64,000 bases of DNA from Gemmatimonadota bacterium (GTDB lineage: Bacteria; Gemmatimonadota; Gemmatimonadetes; Palauibacterales; Palauibacteraceae). Each line of letters starts with the position of its first letter. Position 1 is the stretch's first letter. Positions 9,528-19,526 of this stretch are shown here, piece after piece. The stretch covers positions 3,200,001 through 3,264,000 of the forward strand of contig OY762926.1 in the NCBI GenBank assembly GCA_963666735.1, read 5' to 3'. Position numbers and translations under genes: made by a program. The notes under the pieces are model-generated. The model saw nothing but the letters and a program-made list of their open reading frames with translations. It did no database searches and was not told the origin of the DNA.

Positions 9528-10869
9528 GTTGAGGCGCGCCGGGACGCCGGGACGCCGGCCGCTCCTCGCGATCTCCGCAGCAGTGGCGGCGGGTCTCCCC
9601 GGAGGGTTGGCCGGCGCCGGCCAGGACACGTTCATCGCGCTGCAATCGGAGTTGTTCACCAATGTGACGGTGATCGACGGCCGCGGCGGGCCACCCCGGC
9701 CTTCCTCCGCCGTTCTCGTGCGGGGCGGCCGCATCCAGGACGTCGGCGCCCAGGGTTCCGTGGCCGCTCCGGAAGGCACCGTCGTCGTGGATCTCTCGGG
9801 CTCCTATCTCATCCCCGGGTTCATCGACGCCCACGCCTCGCCTCGAACCACGGACGAATTGCGGGCACTGCTGGCGGCCGGGATCACGGGCGTGCGCGAC
9901 GGAGCCGTTTCGCTGGCCGCCTTCGTGGAGCGGGGCCGCGGAGGCTTCGGCGAAGACCCCGTTCCCGCCGTCTACATCGGCGGGCCCGTCCTCGATGCCG
10001 GGGACGCGCCGCGCGGCGCGGCGCTGGCATCGGAAGCCGCCGCCGTCGCCGAGGTGGCGCGGCAGGCCGCGGACGGGGCCGGCTTCGTCTCCGTCGCCTC
10101 GAGCGTGCCTCCGTCGTGGCTGGTCGGGATCGCGCGGGCCGCGCGCCGGGCGGACGTGCCGCTGTGGGCCGACCGCCGGGAGGGGGGCTGGCTGCTGGCC
10201 CTCCGTGCCGGGTCCGCCGTCGCGAGCCCGCTGGTCTCCGGCGACTCCGAGTTGCTGCCGGAGAGCGCGCGCGGACCCTTCGAGGCGTTCGCGGGCGCCG
10301 GGCGGGTCCCGGGCCGGATCGCCTGGCTGGAGCGGCTGGAGCCGCACGGACCCGATGTCGACCGTGCCGTCGCCGCGCTCCTTTCGAATGACTCGGCCCT
10401 CATGCCGTTACTGGCCAGCGCGTCCGCCCCCCTCGACTGCCCGGCCGAGTCCGCCGCCTGCACGCCGCCGTCCGACGACGAACGGACCGCGCTTCAGGCG
10501 GTCTGGCCCAAGGCCGAGGCGCTGGTCCAGACCTTCCACGGCCACGGGGTCCGCCTGCTCGTGGGATCCGATGCGCCGCGAACGACGGCGTGGGGTGAGG
10601 GTTTTCACCGTGAGATGCAGTTGCTCGTGGAGGCCGGCATCCCTCCCCTCGAAGTTCTCGGGATGGCCACGAGGAACGGCGCCATAGCGCTCGGCCAACT
10701 GCACGAGCGGGGGACGATCGAGATCGGGAAGCGCGCGGACTTCCTCGTTTTGGAGGCGAATCCCGTCGCCGACATCCGGAACGCGCGCCGCATCTCTCTC
10801 GTCGTGATGGACGGGCGGGCCTGGACCCTCGGTCCCGATGACGCCTGGAGACGCGTCCGCTTCAACTGA
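9502..10869 (+). CDS. Amidohydrolase family protein (metal ligands appear degenerate); start uncertain
   Basis: DLSGSYLIPGFIDAH, GSDAP, ATRNGA, GTIEIGKRADFLVLEANP. Confidence 0.8.
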   Translation: MGRWPAGAELRRAGTPGRRPLLAISAAVAAGLPGGLAGAGQDTFIALQSELFTNVTVIDGRGGPPRPSSAVLVRGGRIQDVGAQGSVAAPEGTVVVDLSGSYLIPGFIDAHASPRTTDELRALLAAGITGVRDGAVSLAAFVERGRGGFGEDPVPAVYIGGPVLDAGDAPRGAALASEAAAVAEVARQAADGAGFVSVASSVPPSWLVGIARAARRADVPLWADRREGGWLLALRAGSAVASPLVSGDSELLPESARGPFEAFAGAGRVPGRIAWLERLEPHGPDVDRAVAALLSNDSALMPLLASASAPLDCPAESAACTPPSDDERTALQAVWPKAEALVQTFHGHGVRLLVGSDAPRTTAWGEGFHREMQLLVEAGIPPLEVLGMATRNGAIALGQLHERGTIEIGKRADFLVLEANPVADIRNARRISLVVMDGRAWTLGPDDAWRRVRFN

Positions 10870-11050
10870 CTACACAGCCTACGATGCTCCAGCAAGATCT
10901 CATGTTGTCCAATGTAGTCCGTAACACGCTGATATGCAGCGTGTTAGATCCCTGCGGGAGGCAATGGCCCCGGCGCGGACATGGACGGCCCCGGCGGCCG
11001 ATCGCCTTCGGGGCGAGCGATCCGGCCGCAGGTCTCAGTCTCATTGGGGC

Positions 11051-11647
11051 TCAGAACGAGACGTATCCGCCCATCTGGAAGCGCTCGTCGGACTCGTCGA
11101 CATGGAGGATGAACCGCGCCCCGTAGCGCCGTCCGAACGTCAAGCTCGCACCGGCGGTCGGCTCAACGTAGTCGCTGCCGTCGTAGTGGATCCCCACGCG
11201 GAACCTCGGGCGAACGAGCCAACTGGAACGTCCAAGCAGGACCGAGGCGCCGATATGGTTGCGCGATCCGGCCTGTCGAAACAGAGGGATGGCGATCCCG
11301 GTCATGCCGCCCAGGTCCGTGACGTAGGGGCCGGCGCACCGGTAGGTCTCCACCATCCCGTACAGCGACACCGGCCCCGCGACCCGCCCGTTGATGCCGA
11401 CGTATTGTCCGGGACACTGGTTGTCCCCCACGATCCCGGCTTCGAGCATGAAACGGCGCGCTGCCTCCCGACGGTCCGGTGCCTCCTGCCCCCAAACCTG
11501 CGAGGGCAACACCGCCAGGCACGCCAACGACAGCCAGAAGACATGAGTACGCCTTGCCCCAATGCTGATTCTACCGGCTGGCTCCACGGAGTTGGCGAAC
11601 TCCCCGGCGGCGTAGCGTCGTCGCCAAGCTCTGGCGAAATCGAACAT
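11051..11647 (-). CDS. Hypothetical exported protein (possible small outer-membrane beta-barrel)
   Basis: AGGAG RBS before ATG; hydrophobic signal-like stretch ending VWG-Q; alternating beta pattern and C-terminal YVSF. Confidence 0.5.
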   Translation of the reverse strand: MFDFARAWRRRYAAGEFANSVEPAGRISIGARRTHVFWLSLACLAVLPSQVWGQEAPDRREAARRFMLEAGIVGDNQCPGQYVGINGRVAGPVSLYGMVETYRCAGPYVTDLGGMTGIAIPLFRQAGSRNHIGASVLLGRSSWLVRPRFRVGIHYDGSDYVEPTAGASLTFGRRYGARFILHVDESDERFQMGGYVSF

Positions 11648-12355
11648 GGTGGTCTCCTCGCTTCACCTGAGGTCGTTCTCTGAGCGCCGTCGCCGTTCGG
11701 GCATCTCGACGGTCAAGACCGACACTTGAGAGCTGGCGGCGCATGTCAGCCCGCGATAGAGGGGAATCCCTGAAACCAGCTGTGGGATCACCCGGAAAAC
11801 TCGCCGCTTCGGCAGCGTTCGCGGTCAGGTAGTTCGCCCGCTTCCGGCTGGCCGCGCCAGTCGTCGGAGGTTCCCCCGCCGACCACCAATCACCACCGGC
11901 CGCGGCCGTCGAGTCGGGGCCGAGCCTCCTTCCCAACCCAGCAATAGCCCGGTCGTGCGCGGCGTGACGCGCCCGGGACCTGCGCTGGACGAGGGATGGC
12001 GGGCATGTCCGCTCCCCTGCGCCCGTCCTCGTGGGAGATGGAAGAGCGACACCTTGCCGGTTGCTCGGTCGCCATCGAAGGCGAACCCGTCAGGAGTTCG
12101 AGACCAACGGCTGGCCCGAACGCTGACGGCCCTCACGTCTCATAGCGTCTCAGGTATTCCCATCCATCCATCCATCAAGGTGTGTTTTTCTCCGCCTACT
12201 TCGACGCAAACGCCCGCTCTGCCGCTATCGCGCTCTGTGGAGCTGTCCCGCTTTCACGGACGGTTAGTTTCTGTGGTTGATCGCCTCCGGTTCTTCTCCT
12301 TTCAGCCTCCCTCAGGCGCTCGGGAGAGGATGTCGGTGTGCGCCGCGGGTGCGCC

Positions 12356-13204
12356 TCAGGCCGCATGGTTGCTCTCGTAGTCGGCCGGCGACTCGTAGCC
12401 GAGTGCCGAGTGCAGCCGCCGGGTGTTGTAGAAGCCCTCGATGAAGCCGAAGACCTCCCGTCGCGCCTCGTCCGCCGTGCGGAACGAGCGCTTCCAGATC
12501 AGCTCGCACTCGAGGGTGGCGAAGAAGCTCTCGCACATGGCGTTGTCGTACGCATCGCCCGCCGAGCCCATGGACTGGGCGATGCCCGACTCGCGGCAGC
12601 GCTCCCCGAAGGCGAGCGAGGTGTACTGCGAGCCCCTGTCGGAATGATGCACGACACGACCCTCGGGACGACGCCTTGCGAGAGCCATCGCCAGCGCGGT
12701 CTCGACGAGCTCGGTCCGCATGTGCGTCGCCATGGCCCAGCCGACGACGCGGCGGCTCCAGACGTCGAGCACGACGGCCAGATACAGCCAGCCAGCCCAC
12801 GTGGGGACGTAGGTGATGTCGGCCACCCACAGCTCGTCGGGCCCCGAGGCCGAGAAGTCACGGTCCACCAGGTCCGGCGCGGGGCGGGCCTCGGCATCCC
12901 TCTTCGTCGTCGCCGTCTTGAAGCGCCGCCTGGTCGCGCCCTCGATCTCCAGCCCCCTCATCAGCCGCCCCACGCGCTTCTGCCCCACCCGCTCGCCCTC
13001 GGCCCTGAGCGCCGCGTGGATCCGCGGACGGCCGTACGTCTCGCCGCTGCCGGTCCATATCTTCGCGATCCGCGCCTCCAGTTCCGCGTCCCGACGCGCG
13101 CGGTCCGAGGGAGGACGCCTCAACCAGTCGTAGTAGCCGCTGGGGGAGAGACCCAGCACCCGGCACATGGCCCGAAGCGGGAACTCGGCCCGGTGCGCCC
13201 TCAT
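12356..13204 (-). CDS. IS3 transposase OrfB (DDE/rve integrase core)
   Basis: WVADITY, HHSDRGSQY, DNAMCESFF, YNTRRLHSALGY. Confidence 0.95.
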   Translation of the reverse strand: MRAHRAEFPLRAMCRVLGLSPSGYYDWLRRPPSDRARRDAELEARIAKIWTGSGETYGRPRIHAALRAEGERVGQKRVGRLMRGLEIEGATRRRFKTATTKRDAEARPAPDLVDRDFSASGPDELWVADITYVPTWAGWLYLAVVLDVWSRRVVGWAMATHMRTELVETALAMALARRRPEGRVVHHSDRGSQYTSLAFGERCRESGIAQSMGSAGDAYDNAMCESFFATLECELIWKRSFRTADEARREVFGFIEGFYNTRRLHSALGYESPADYESNHAA

Positions 13205-13515
13205 GAACGCATACCCCCGCCGGGGATCGATCCGCTCTCCCTCGCGAACCAGGCCGCGGCTTTTTTTAGGATGTCGCGCTCCATCCTGAGCCGCTTGTTC
13301 TCCCGCTCCAGGCGCCGCAGCTCGCTGCGCGCCTCCGTTGTCAGCCCGTCGCTACGGAACCCCTCGTCCACATCCGCCTGCCGGACCCAGTTCCGGATCG
13401 TCTGCTCCGACGGCTCGAACTTCCGGGCGAGTGACGCGGCACTACGCCCGCCCCTCACCAGTTCCACCAGCCGCTCCCTGTACTCGGATGGATACCGCCC
13501 CTTCCGGCCCGCCAT
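13201..13515 (-). CDS. IS3 transposase OrfA (HTH); -1 frameshift into OrfB
   Basis: HTH_Tnp_1-like, ends ERDILKKAAAWFA; CTAAAAAAAG slippery sequence at about 13260-13269 (minus strand). Confidence 0.93.
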   Translation of the reverse strand: MAGRKGRYPSEYRERLVELVRGGRSAASLARKFEPSEQTIRNWVRQADVDEGFRSDGLTTEARSELRRLERENKRLRMERDILKKAAAWFARESGSIPGGGMRS

Positions 13516-13589
13516 GGAACACCTCCTTGCTTGACCCCAATGGATAGGTGTCCGTCAAAGCGGGGCAACTCCACTGCCGCTACTGGCCG

Positions 13590-14279
13590 CTATCGGGTGC
13601 GGTAACAGTAGGCGTCCCGCCGGCGCGTCAGATCCTCGATCACGGCCGCCTTGAAGGATTCCGCGCACTCCGAGCCGCCCAGTGCTCCGCGGTACTCCTC
13701 GATGTCCACGACTTCGGCACCCAGCCAGGCGCGCCGGAAGGGTCGCGGGAAGCGTTCCCCCGGCGCCTGAATGTGATGGAGCCCCCCACTGTAGGCGATG
13801 AACAGCCGGCCGTCCGGCATCGCCCGCAGGATGTCCGCGATCCCCCCGCGGACCGTCATCGGATTCCCTTCGCGGTCCAGCCCCGTTCGGCGCATCATCC
13901 GCCCCTCGGGAAGGATGAGGAGCACGGCCTCCGGATCCCGAACCTGCCGCAGCACTTTCTCCCACGTGTCATCGCGTTCGCGCGTGACCGGTACCACGTG
14001 CTTGGTGATGAGCAGAAAGAGCCGTCCCAGAATCGGCCGAGCCGCGGTCTTGTCCGCCAGCGGCAGGACCCCGTGCGTCGCGAGCTGCCAGAGCAGGCGG
14101 TTGGGTACCGCCGCAAGGAACACGGGCTCGAAGAGACTCGTGTGATTGAGCAGGGCGATCACGCGCAGACCCGCCCATGGTTCGTCGGCGTCTCGAACCC
14201 ATTCCAGCCGAACCCGGCAGAAGGCCTTGCCCGCGACCTTGATCGAGAAGAGAAGAAGAAAGACGATATAGCTGCGCAT
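13590..14279 (-). CDS. Lysophospholipid acyltransferase (PlsC-like)
   Basis: NHTSLFE (HX4D/E block I) and ILPEGRM (block III) motifs. Confidence 0.8.
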   Translation of the reverse strand: MRSYIVFLLLFSIKVAGKAFCRVRLEWVRDADEPWAGLRVIALLNHTSLFEPVFLAAVPNRLLWQLATHGVLPLADKTAARPILGRLFLLITKHVVPVTRERDDTWEKVLRQVRDPEAVLLILPEGRMMRRTGLDREGNPMTVRGGIADILRAMPDGRLFIAYSGGLHHIQAPGERFPRPFRRAWLGAEVVDIEEYRGALGGSECAESFKAAVIEDLTRRRDAYCYRTR

Positions 14280-14351
14280 TTTGCGCAGTGTGCTCCCGGG
14301 GTTGGCGAGCGGTCAAGAGTTCCGGCGCTTCGGCCGGAGGAGGAGAACGGC

Positions 14352-15431
14352 ATGTTCCGAGTATGTCCGAGAACGGTCGGAGGGTCGCTGGGCGCGCTGA
14401 TACTCGTTGCGGGCGCGGGAGTCGGCCTCTGCACTCACGGCGTGGCCGCCGCGCAGGATCACACGATCATCGCCCTGAGCCACGACGACTTCACGGCCTA
14501 CGAGATCGATCCGGCGACCGGCCGCATCGTCCACCATTTCACGGCCGAGAACCAGCCGCACGAAGCGGTGGTGAGTCCCGATGGCGGCACAATCTTCGTG
14601 GCGATCCCCCGCGAGCCGGCCTACGTCGTGATCCTGGACGCGGAAACCTTCGAGGAGAAGGGGCGGATCGAGTCGGAGTACTTCCAGCGACCTCCGGACC
14701 TGCGGCCGTACGGCTCCGAGATGATCACGAACCGCTCGGCTCTCCCGCACGGCGTCGCGCTGAACCGGGACGGCACGAAGCTCTACGTCGGCGTCGAGTG
14801 GTCCGAGGTGCCCGGCCTCGTCATCTACGACGTGGCGCGCGGGGAGGTGGCGGGGAAGATCGACCTGCTCCTCGAAGGCGGACACTTCCTTGCCGTCGAC
14901 CGGCGGACCGACAAGCTGTACTACCCGCACCGCGACGATGACCGGGTCGTCGTCATCGACACGCGCACGGACGAAGTCGTGAAGATCATCGATGTCGCCG
15001 GCGGTCCGGTCGGCGTCGACTTCACGCCCGACGGGGAGGCGTGGGTGCATTCCGACTACGACGGCACCGTCACGGTCATCGACACGTCGAGCGACGAGGT
15101 CGTGGCGATGATCGACACCGGCGGCTGGGGCGCCGGCCGCATCGCGGTCTCACCCGACGGGCGATACGCGGCGTCCACCCGAAACGACACGGAGAATGTA
15201 GCCATCATCGATGTCGCAAAGCGGGAGGTGGCGGGTTACGTCACACTCGGCCCCGGGCCCGGCTTCCCGCTCTTCTCACCCGATGGCAAGAGGCTCTACG
15301 TGATGGTGCGCGGAAGGGGCGATGTCGCGGTCATCGACCTGAAGGCAGACGGTTCGGGCGCCATTGCGGCCCGCTATCCCGCAGGGGTGACTCCGTTTGG
15401 CGGCACCCTCCTGCCGAAGGGTTCCAACTGA
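14352..15431 (+). CDS. Secreted YVTN/YncE-like beta-propeller protein
   Basis: GGAGGAG RBS, signal peptide, repeated VSPDG..xYV / VVVIDT blades. Confidence 0.85.
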   Translation: MFRVCPRTVGGSLGALILVAGAGVGLCTHGVAAAQDHTIIALSHDDFTAYEIDPATGRIVHHFTAENQPHEAVVSPDGGTIFVAIPREPAYVVILDAETFEEKGRIESEYFQRPPDLRPYGSEMITNRSALPHGVALNRDGTKLYVGVEWSEVPGLVIYDVARGEVAGKIDLLLEGGHFLAVDRRTDKLYYPHRDDDRVVVIDTRTDEVVKIIDVAGGPVGVDFTPDGEAWVHSDYDGTVTVIDTSSDEVVAMIDTGGWGAGRIAVSPDGRYAASTRNDTENVAIIDVAKREVAGYVTLGPGPGFPLFSPDGKRLYVMVRGRGDVAVIDLKADGSGAIAARYPAGVTPFGGTLLPKGSN

Positions 15432-15533
15432 GAGAAGACCGAAGTTGGCATTGATTCAGGCATGACCCCATCTTCGGGCGCCCGGCGGTACGCGTCCGGC
15501 GCTACACGGCGTCAGTATTCAGGAGTGCATCCC

Positions 15534-16460
15534 ATGAAAGCTCGATCTCTGTTCTTCGCGACACTGTGCACCGGTCTCTTCTCCACCCCCGTCCTCGCGC
15601 AGCGTGATTTCTCGGCTGTCCAGATCGAGGCGACGCATGTGGCCGGCAGCGTCTGGATGCTGGTGGGGAGCGGCGGCAATATCGGCGTGTCCTCGGGCTC
15701 CGATGGAGTGCTGATGGTCGACGACCAGTTCGCGCCGCTGGCGGACAAGATTCGCGACGCGCTGCGGGAGGTGGGACAGTCGGAGGAGGCCGCGGAGCCG
15801 CAGTTCCTTCTCAACACCCATTTCCACGGCGATCACACGGGCGGGAACGTCGAGTTCGGAGACGCCTCCACCATCGTGGCGCACACGAACGTGCGGACGA
15901 GGCTGGTGGCGGGCGGATCGCCCGAGGTGGCGCTGCCCGTCGTCACCTTCGATGACGCCGTCTCCATCCACTTCAACGGCGAGGAGATCCGGGCGTTCCA
16001 CATCCCGCACGGACACACGGACGGGGACGCCCTCATCTACTTCACCGGCTCGAACGTCCTCCACATGGGAGACGACTTCTTCGCCGGACGCTTCCCCTTC
16101 GTCGACATCGACAGCGGCGGGAGCGTGGAGGGGCTCGCGAACGGGATCTCGGACGTGCTGGGCAACGTGCCCGCCGATATCCGCATCATCCCCGGGCACG
16201 GCCCGCTCTCTTCCGTGGACGACCTGCGGACGTACCACCGCATGATCACCGAGACGATCGCGATGGTCCGCGGGAAGATCGACGCCGGGATGAGCAGCGA
16301 GCAAGTCCAGGGCGAGGGCGTCGCCGAGGAGTGGGCGGACTGGGGCGCCGGGTTCATCTCGACGGAACGCTGGCTCGACACCGTGCACCGCAGCCTTTCC
16401 GGCGCGGCGGGCGGTGAGGACGTCGAACACGGCCACGGCCACGGACACGGACACCATTAG
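15534..16460 (+). CDS. Secreted metallo-beta-lactamase-fold hydrolase
   Basis: NTHFHGDHTGGN, GHTDGD, HMGD, IIPGHG; signal peptide; His-Gly C-tail. Confidence 0.92.
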   Translation: MKARSLFFATLCTGLFSTPVLAQRDFSAVQIEATHVAGSVWMLVGSGGNIGVSSGSDGVLMVDDQFAPLADKIRDALREVGQSEEAAEPQFLLNTHFHGDHTGGNVEFGDASTIVAHTNVRTRLVAGGSPEVALPVVTFDDAVSIHFNGEEIRAFHIPHGHTDGDALIYFTGSNVLHMGDDFFAGRFPFVDIDSGGSVEGLANGISDVLGNVPADIRIIPGHGPLSSVDDLRTYHRMITETIAMVRGKIDAGMSSEQVQGEGVAEEWADWGAGFISTERWLDTVHRSLSGAAGGEDVEHGHGHGHGHH

Positions 16461-19277
16461 GTGAGCGAGGATGGAGGCCGCGCCGCCGGGGACGGCGGCT
16501 GGGTTGCGGACGGCTACAACGCGGGGTACGCGGAGGGGCTGGTCGAACGGGCGCTCCGCGACCGGGGTGTGATCCCGCCCCCACTGGCGGGCTGGGATCC
16601 GTCGGCCGGGGCGGCCATTGAAGCGCCACCGGGGACGGCACTTCCTGCCCCTCCCCCCGCTCCTCCCCCGCCCGAACCCACGCCTGCCGAGGCGGAGGTC
16701 GTGGCGACGGAGGACCTGCGGCTCGCCGCCATCGCCGGGGCGCTCGTCGAGGCCTACCGGGCGTACGGGCACCTCGGAGCGCGCATCGACCCGCTCGGCT
16801 CCGAGCCCCCGAGGCACCCGCTGCTCGAACCGGACTACCACGGCATCCGCCGCGAGGAACTCGCGCGCGTGCCCGCCTCCGCAGTCTGGCTGAAGCACCT
16901 GGGCAACAACGCCGCCGAGGTCATCGACCGCCTCGAGGAGATCTACTGCGGCCCGATCGGCTACGAGCTCGACCAGATGGAGAACCCGACCCAGCGCGAC
17001 TGGCTCGTGGATTACATCGAGTCGCACCGCCACCGGCTCCTCATGAGCCGCGTGCGGGCGACGGCGTGCCTCGAGTGGCTGACCCGCGTGGAAGGGCTCG
17101 AGACGTTCCTGCACCGCACCTACCTCGGGAAGAAGCGCTTCTCCGTCGAGGGACTCGACATGCTCGTGCCCATGATGCGCGGGATCATCGGGAGCGCGGG
17201 GCGGCGCGGGGCGCGGCAGGTGTTCGTGGGTATGGCGCATCGCGGGCGCCTGAACGTGCTGGCCCACGTCATGGGACTGTCCTACGAGTCGATCGTGGCC
17301 GAATTCGAGGAGCAGGCCGCGCGAGGCATCATGACCGCCCTCCCGGAACACGGCTCCGGCGACGTCAAATACCATGTCGGCGGCCGGTCGCAGGTCGCGG
17401 AGGACGAGGTCGAACTGGACGTGCGGCTCGCCCCCAACCCGAGCCACCTCGAGCACGTGAACCCCGTCGTCCTCGGCATGGCCCGGGGGGCGCGCTTCAC
17501 CGGCGAGGCCTCCGACTCCTCGGCCATTCTCCCGATCATCATCCACGGCGACGCCTCCTTCGCGGGACAGGGGGTCGTGGCGGAGACGCTGAACCTGTGC
17601 CGGCTGCGGCCCTACGAGACGGGCGGCACGCTCCACATCATCACGAACAACCAGCTCGGCTTCACCACCCTTCCCGGCGACAGCCGCTCCACGCGGTATG
17701 CAAGCGATCTGGCGCTCGGCTTCCGGCTCCCGGTCGTGCATGTGAACGCGGACGACCCCGAGGCGTGCATGGCCGCCGTGCGGCTCGCCGTCGACTACCG
17801 GTTCGAGTTCGGGGAGGACCTGGTCATCGATCTCGTGGGCTACCGGCGCTACGGGCACAACGAAGGGGACGAACCCTCATACACCCAGCCCATGATGTAC
17901 GAGCGGGTCGCCTCGCACCCGCGGGTGCGCGCGCAGTTCGCGGAGGCCGTCATCGAGCGGGGGCTCATCTCCCGTGAGGAGGCCGACGACATGGTCGCGG
18001 GTGTGGAGGCGGAACTGGAAGCGGCCAGGGGGGCGATCGCCGCGCACAAGGAAACGGACGAGCAGACGGGGGCGGCGCCGGACCCGAAGCGGCTGTTGGA
18101 TCCGGCGGAGCCGGCGCGGCCGACCGGCATTCCGGAGGCGCGGCTGCGGGAACTCAACGAGGCGGTCCACCGCTGGCCCGAGGGCTTCACGCCCTTCCAC
18201 AAGCTGGGGCGCCAGCTGGAGCGACGCCGTGCCGCGCTGGATGCGGGGATCGACTGGGGGCATGCCGAGGCGCTCGCGCTGGCGGGCCTGCTCACCGAGG
18301 GCGTCCCCGTGCGCCTCACCGGCGAGGACACCGAACGCGGCACGTTCAGCCACCGGCACCTCGTGCTGCACGACGCCGAGGACGGACGCTCGCACACGCC
18401 CCTGGCCCACATCGAGGAAGGGCAGGCGGCCTTCAGGATCGCGAACAGCCCGCTGTCCGAGATCGCCACGCTCGGCTTCGAGTACGGCTTCTCCACGATC
18501 GCCGCCAACGCGCTTGTCATGTGGGAGGCGCAGTTCGGCGACTTCGCCAACGTCGGGCAGGCAATCATCGACCAGTTCATCGTGTCGGGCCGCACCAAAT
18601 GGGGGCTGGAGTCGCGGCTCGTCCTGCTCCTGCCGCACGGCTACGAGGGGCAGGGACCGGAACACTCGAGCGCCCGGCTGGAGCGCTTCCTGCAACTGGC
18701 CGCCGAGGGCAACATCCGCGTCGTGAACTGCACGACGCCCGCGCAATTCTTCCACGCCCTGCGCTGGCAGGCGCTACGGGCGACCTGTCGCCCCCTCATC
18801 GTGATGACGCCCAAGAGCTTGCTGCGCCACCCGCGCGCCCGCTCCACCATCGGCGACCTCACCGGCGGCGCCTTCCGCCCGGTTCTCCCGGACCCCGACT
18901 TCCAGGCCGATCCGTCGCGCGTGAGCCGGGTCATCGCGTGCAGCGGCAAGGTCTACTTCGACCTGCTCGCCGAGTCTCCCCCCGCGCACGACATCCCGAT
19001 CCTGCGCGTGGAGCAGCCCTACCCGTTCCCGGCCCTGGAACTTGGAGCCGCCCTTGCGCCGTATCCTGAAACGGCAGAAGTCTGCTGGGTGCAGGAGGAA
19101 CCGGAGAACATGGGGGCATGGACATACATGCGACCGCACCTGCGAGAACTCATCGGCCGCGAGCCCATCTACATCGGCCGCCCCGAGCGCGCCAGCCCGG
19201 CAGAGGGCTATTTCGGCAAGCACATGCGGCGCCAGCGCCGCCTGCTCCGCACCGCGCTCAGGTTGCCCGAGGAGTAG
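16461..19277 (+). CDS. sucA: 2-oxoglutarate dehydrogenase E1 component
   Basis: GMAHRGRLN, GDVKYH, NPSHLE, HGDASFAGQG (TPP), RRYGHNEGD, WEAQFGDF, LPHGYEGQGPEHSSAR, TPKSLLR. Confidence 0.98.
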   Translation: MSEDGGRAAGDGGWVADGYNAGYAEGLVERALRDRGVIPPPLAGWDPSAGAAIEAPPGTALPAPPPAPPPPEPTPAEAEVVATEDLRLAAIAGALVEAYRAYGHLGARIDPLGSEPPRHPLLEPDYHGIRREELARVPASAVWLKHLGNNAAEVIDRLEEIYCGPIGYELDQMENPTQRDWLVDYIESHRHRLLMSRVRATACLEWLTRVEGLETFLHRTYLGKKRFSVEGLDMLVPMMRGIIGSAGRRGARQVFVGMAHRGRLNVLAHVMGLSYESIVAEFEEQAARGIMTALPEHGSGDVKYHVGGRSQVAEDEVELDVRLAPNPSHLEHVNPVVLGMARGARFTGEASDSSAILPIIIHGDASFAGQGVVAETLNLCRLRPYETGGTLHIITNNQLGFTTLPGDSRSTRYASDLALGFRLPVVHVNADDPEACMAAVRLAVDYRFEFGEDLVIDLVGYRRYGHNEGDEPSYTQPMMYERVASHPRVRAQFAEAVIERGLISREEADDMVAGVEAELEAARGAIAAHKETDEQTGAAPDPKRLLDPAEPARPTGIPEARLRELNEAVHRWPEGFTPFHKLGRQLERRRAALDAGIDWGHAEALALAGLLTEGVPVRLTGEDTERGTFSHRHLVLHDAEDGRSHTPLAHIEEGQAAFRIANSPLSEIATLGFEYGFSTIAANALVMWEAQFGDFANVGQAIIDQFIVSGRTKWGLESRLVLLLPHGYEGQGPEHSSARLERFLQLAAEGNIRVVNCTTPAQFFHALRWQALRATCRPLIVMTPKSLLRHPRARSTIGDLTGGAFRPVLPDPDFQADPSRVSRVIACSGKVYFDLLAESPPAHDIPILRVEQPYPFPALELGAALAPYPETAEVCWVQEEPENMGAWTYMRPHLRELIGREPIYIGRPERASPAEGYFGKHMRRQRRLLRTALRLPEE

Positions 19278-19526
19278 ACGCTCTCAGGGCCATCGACCTC
19301 GGCCGCTCGGAACCCTTCCGAGAGTTGATCGGCGCGGGTCCCGTAAGAAGAAATCCCTGCAAGCACATGCGGCGATCCCCATCTCTTGACGCCCGGCGCG
19401 CCCGCACGGGAAGTTGGTGCCGCTCCACGAGAAGCTGTTGAACCTCGGCACTCAGCAGAGCGTAGATGCCGGAACGGTTCGGTGACGCACTCGAGATGGC
19501 TACGCTGGCGAAGGAGGTCTCTAACA

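Larger units (their letters stand above)
12238..13573 (-). mobile_element. IS3-family insertion sequence, copy 1 (1336 bp)
   Basis: Terminal IRs TGGAGCTGTCCCGCTTTCACGGAC / TGGAGTTGCCCCGCTTTGACGGAC, 3-bp target duplication CTG, orfA+orfB with an A7G slippery site. Confidence 0.97.

Noticed and set aside
11650..12237. Structured ncRNA or gene in the 590-bp gap before IS copy 1
   Set aside because: No recognisable motif, ORF family or stable long hairpin seen by eye; only a short (CATC)n run
13548..14351. N-terminal 268 aa of the 627-aa ORF as part of the YVTN protein
   Set aside because: It is antisense to the acyltransferase; RBS and signal peptide indicate a start at 14352
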